From assembly GCA_951406725.2 (NCBI GenBank), contig OX597814.1:216318001-216382000 (forward strand): a stretch of DNA of 64,000 nt, given 5' to 3'. Source of the DNA: Octopus vulgaris. Taxonomy: Eukaryota. This document shows, piece after piece, positions 62,823 to 64,000 of this stretch (position 1 is its first letter; the number at the start of each line of letters is the position of its first letter). The notes beneath the pieces were generated by a model. It did no database searches, had not been told where the DNA came from, and saw only the letters and a list, made by a program, of their open reading frames with translations. The position numbers were made by a program, and so were the translations under genes.

Positions 62823-63473
62823 TCCTTGAGATATATATATATATATTGTGTTATGTTGAATCTCCCTGAGAACTGTGTTAAGGGCACACATGTCTGTGGA
62901 GTGCTCAGCCACTTGCAGATTAATTTCACTGGCAGGCTGTTCCATTGATCAGATCAACTGGAACCTTTGTTATTATAAATACCAGTGCCTTGGTTGAGCA
63001 GTGAAGGTAATTGGCTGCTAATCCATTGGGGTCTCAGCCCATGACTTCAAATCTCATCCTTGTCAATTAAATTTTGCCTCAGGGAGGCAGTGAGAAGTGA
63101 CCAACACCTTTGGCAATATACCATGCTTGAGAAGATCTGTCATCCAAGTAAGATCGTAGTTGTGGCCAATGCCAGTGTGTCATAATTGGCACCTGTACCG
63201 GTGGCACATAAAAAGCACCCACTATACTTTTAGACTGGTCGGCGTTAGTAAGGGCATCCAGCTGTATGAACCATGTCAGATCAGATTGGAACCTGGTGCA
63301 GCTCCCCAGCTTACCAGTTTTCAGTCAAACCGTCCAAAAACAGACATGAAATGATGATATTTATGTAATCATAAACTTTTAGGACTTTCAGTTCTACCAT
63401 TCATTTTATATAAATATTAGCATATATATATATATACACACACACACATATATATCTTTTTTTCTCTTCTTAG

Positions 63474-63742
63474 CCACAGCATATGGTGAAGGTGTTTATT
63501 TTGCCAGTGACATCCATTATTCTGCAAATGATACCTATTCTACTCCTGACTGTCACGGAATAAAGAGAATATACAAATGCAGTGTTCTTGTGGGAAGAGT
63601 GATGCTAGGACACCATGGACTAAAAGTTTTACATGGTTCTTACAATTCTGCTGTTGATAATATTCAAAGACCCAATATTTATGTTACTTTTCATGACTCT
63701 CAGGCATATCCTAATTATTTGATTACATTCTCTAATCATTGA
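63474..63742 (+). CDS. PARP14: PARP14-like terminal coding exon (catalytic domain, stop TGA)
   Basis: cttcttag|CC. ATAYGEGVYFASDIHYSANDTYSTPD...VLVGR...YNSAVDNIQRPNIYVTFHDSQAYPNYLITFSNH*; not in the ORF track. Confidence 0.95.
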
Positions 63743-63861
63743 ATATAATTGGAATTCATAAAACACATATAAAGTGAACAGGAATATATTTAACAAAAGA
63801 AAGACAAAGAAAATACAGGAAATTCTCTAATTCTAGGTGCAATCCCAGGGTCTTTTGTAAG

Positions 63862-63867
63862 AATAAA
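63862..63867 (+). terminator. Candidate polyadenylation signal AATAAA
   Basis: First AATAAA, 120 nt after the stop codon, followed by GT/T-rich sequence at ~63903-63930. Confidence 0.5.
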
Positions 63868-63967
63868 ACCATTCAATAGAATATTTCTCTATCATTCACA
63901 CAGTGTTGTTGTCATTTTTTATCTTTTTTACTTTAGAAATAATTATTGCTCAAAATTAAAATACATG

Positions 63968-64000
63968 AAGGTGCATGGCTCAGTGGTTGAAGCATCGGGC
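63968..64000 (+). mobile_element. SINE 5' end (same family as 1071-1421), truncated by the window edge
   Basis: AAGGTGCATGGCTCAGTGGTTGAAGCATCGGGC vs AAGGCGCATGGCTCAGTGGTTAGAGCGTCGAGC. Confidence 0.7.

Overview
AT-rich, repeat-dense animal genomic DNA. The SINE/LINE families look octopus-like (coleoid cephalopod); this is recognition, not a database hit. One protein-coding gene spans almost the whole window on the + strand: the 3' 16 exons (4135-63742, ~1,460 codons) of a PARP14-like mono-ADP-ribosyltransferase. Its layout is KH-like region - Macro1 - Macro2a - Macro2b - KH-like - WWE - PARP catalytic domain with an H-Y-I triad; the 5' exons are not found in the window. All 15 introns are GT-AG and phase-compatible. 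Main observation: the second and third macrodomains are two copies of one four-exon, 648-nt, phase 1-1 cassette (137/228/228/55 nt) duplicated together with its introns. Copy 1 carries an in-frame TAA at 24913-24915. Identity between the copies is patchy, as expected from gene conversion, and an inverted paralogous fragment of the gene's 5' region lies between them. The introns hold RTE LINEs (one family with a PHD-like finger inside ORF2), CR1, R4/Dong-like and HERO-like retrotransposons, three kinds of Penelope-like fragments, a candidate hammerhead ribozyme remnant, a degenerate full-length Gypsy element with TSD, mariner and piggyBac relics, SINEs and microsatellites.
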